A stretch of 64,000 bases of DNA from an uncultured Ignavibacteriales bacterium (GTDB taxonomy: Bacteria; Zixibacteria; MSB-5A5; GN15; FEB-12). Position 1 is the stretch's first letter. Every line of letters starts with the position of its first letter. This document shows positions 63,865 to 64,000 of this stretch, in pieces. Location of the stretch: NCBI GenBank assembly GCA_964520865.1, contig CAZFOY010000008.1, forward strand, positions 3,155 to 67,154, read 5' to 3'. The notes under the pieces were generated by a model that was not told the DNA's origin, made no database searches, and saw nothing but the letters and a program-made list of their open reading frames with translations. A program made the translations under genes and the position numbers.

Positions 63865-64000
63865 TTACTTTTTTTGAGTTTCTACGAATTTGGAGATGTC
63901 CATACCGAAGGCGAGTCCCATTTCGTCCAGAATGGCGCTGATTTCGTTCAGCGACTTCCGGCCGAAATTGCGATACTTCAACATCTCGCTCTCGCTCTTG
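63865..64000 (-). CDS. rpoA: DNA-directed RNA polymerase alpha subunit, C-terminal end (partial, open at window edge)
   Basis: Translates to ...[44 protein letters not shown], the alpha-CTD signature. Confidence 0.9.
   Translation of the reverse strand, partial: KSESEMLKYRNFGRKSLNEISAILDEMGLAFGMDISKFVETQKK

Noticed and set aside
1-64000. A search for mobile elements, prophage, toxin-antitoxin pairs, restriction-modification systems or other known defence genes.
   Set aside because: No transposase, integrase, recombinase, Cas, methyltransferase/endonuclease pair or phage structural gene could be recognised in any frame. The only mobility-related signal is the REP-like repeats.

Overview
64 kb of chromosome from a diderm bacterium, roughly 53% GC. 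It has many outer-membrane beta-barrels, PorV-like, PEGA and DUF5683-like proteins and sigma-54 machinery, so it may be an FCB-type or candidate-phylum lineage, but lineage cannot be fixed from this window. Gene density is high and 55 of 63 genes are on the minus strand. I saw no rRNA, CRISPR array, transposase, integrase or phage genes.

Readable content, left to right:
- Housekeeping genes: nrdR, cutA, glyA, ilvE, bioY.
- A beta-oxidation operon: two acyl-CoA dehydrogenases, hbd and a thiolase.
- An atu/liu-like acyl-CoA carboxylase operon: atuA, carboxyltransferase, hydratase, and a biotin-carboxylase subunit naturally split from its BCCP part.
- Two tandem small paralogous membrane proteins.
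- An archaeal-type HMG-CoA synthase / thiolase / DUF35 operon.
- A chaperone supercluster: hsp20, dnaK, a J-protein and clpB.
- A co-directional envelope array: uppP, a GT9-GmhB fusion, a lone AmmeMemoRadiSam radical-SAM enzyme, a 951-aa peptidase + TolB-propeller + Omp85-like-barrel fusion, a BamB-like lipoprotein and a HEAT-repeat protein.
- An NSS transporter with an un-called 41-aa MetS-like small subunit.
- An orphan SbcD-like nuclease next to a sigma-54 enhancer-binding response regulator.
- A surface/EPS group: a PEGA protein, an FN3 lipoprotein, a polytopic membrane protein, a sugar transferase and a PorV-like barrel.
- GH57, apt, an acylphosphatase, a LOG-like protein, surE, plsY, gpsA, rplQ, the rpoA 3' end and three tRNAs.

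Signals not explained by genes:
1. At least five families of short palindromic intergenic elements, four of them beginning with GTAG. This is REP/REPIN architecture, with compensatory stem substitutions between copies. They are packed into nearly every long intergenic spacer, including the spacers inside the chaperone cluster.
2. A consensus-quality sigma-54 promoter in front of the PorV-like gene.
3. The Omp85-fusion / BamB-like / HEAT trio, which I rank as the best candidate for an undescribed envelope system.

All functional calls come from reading the translated ORFs by eye. No database search was run.
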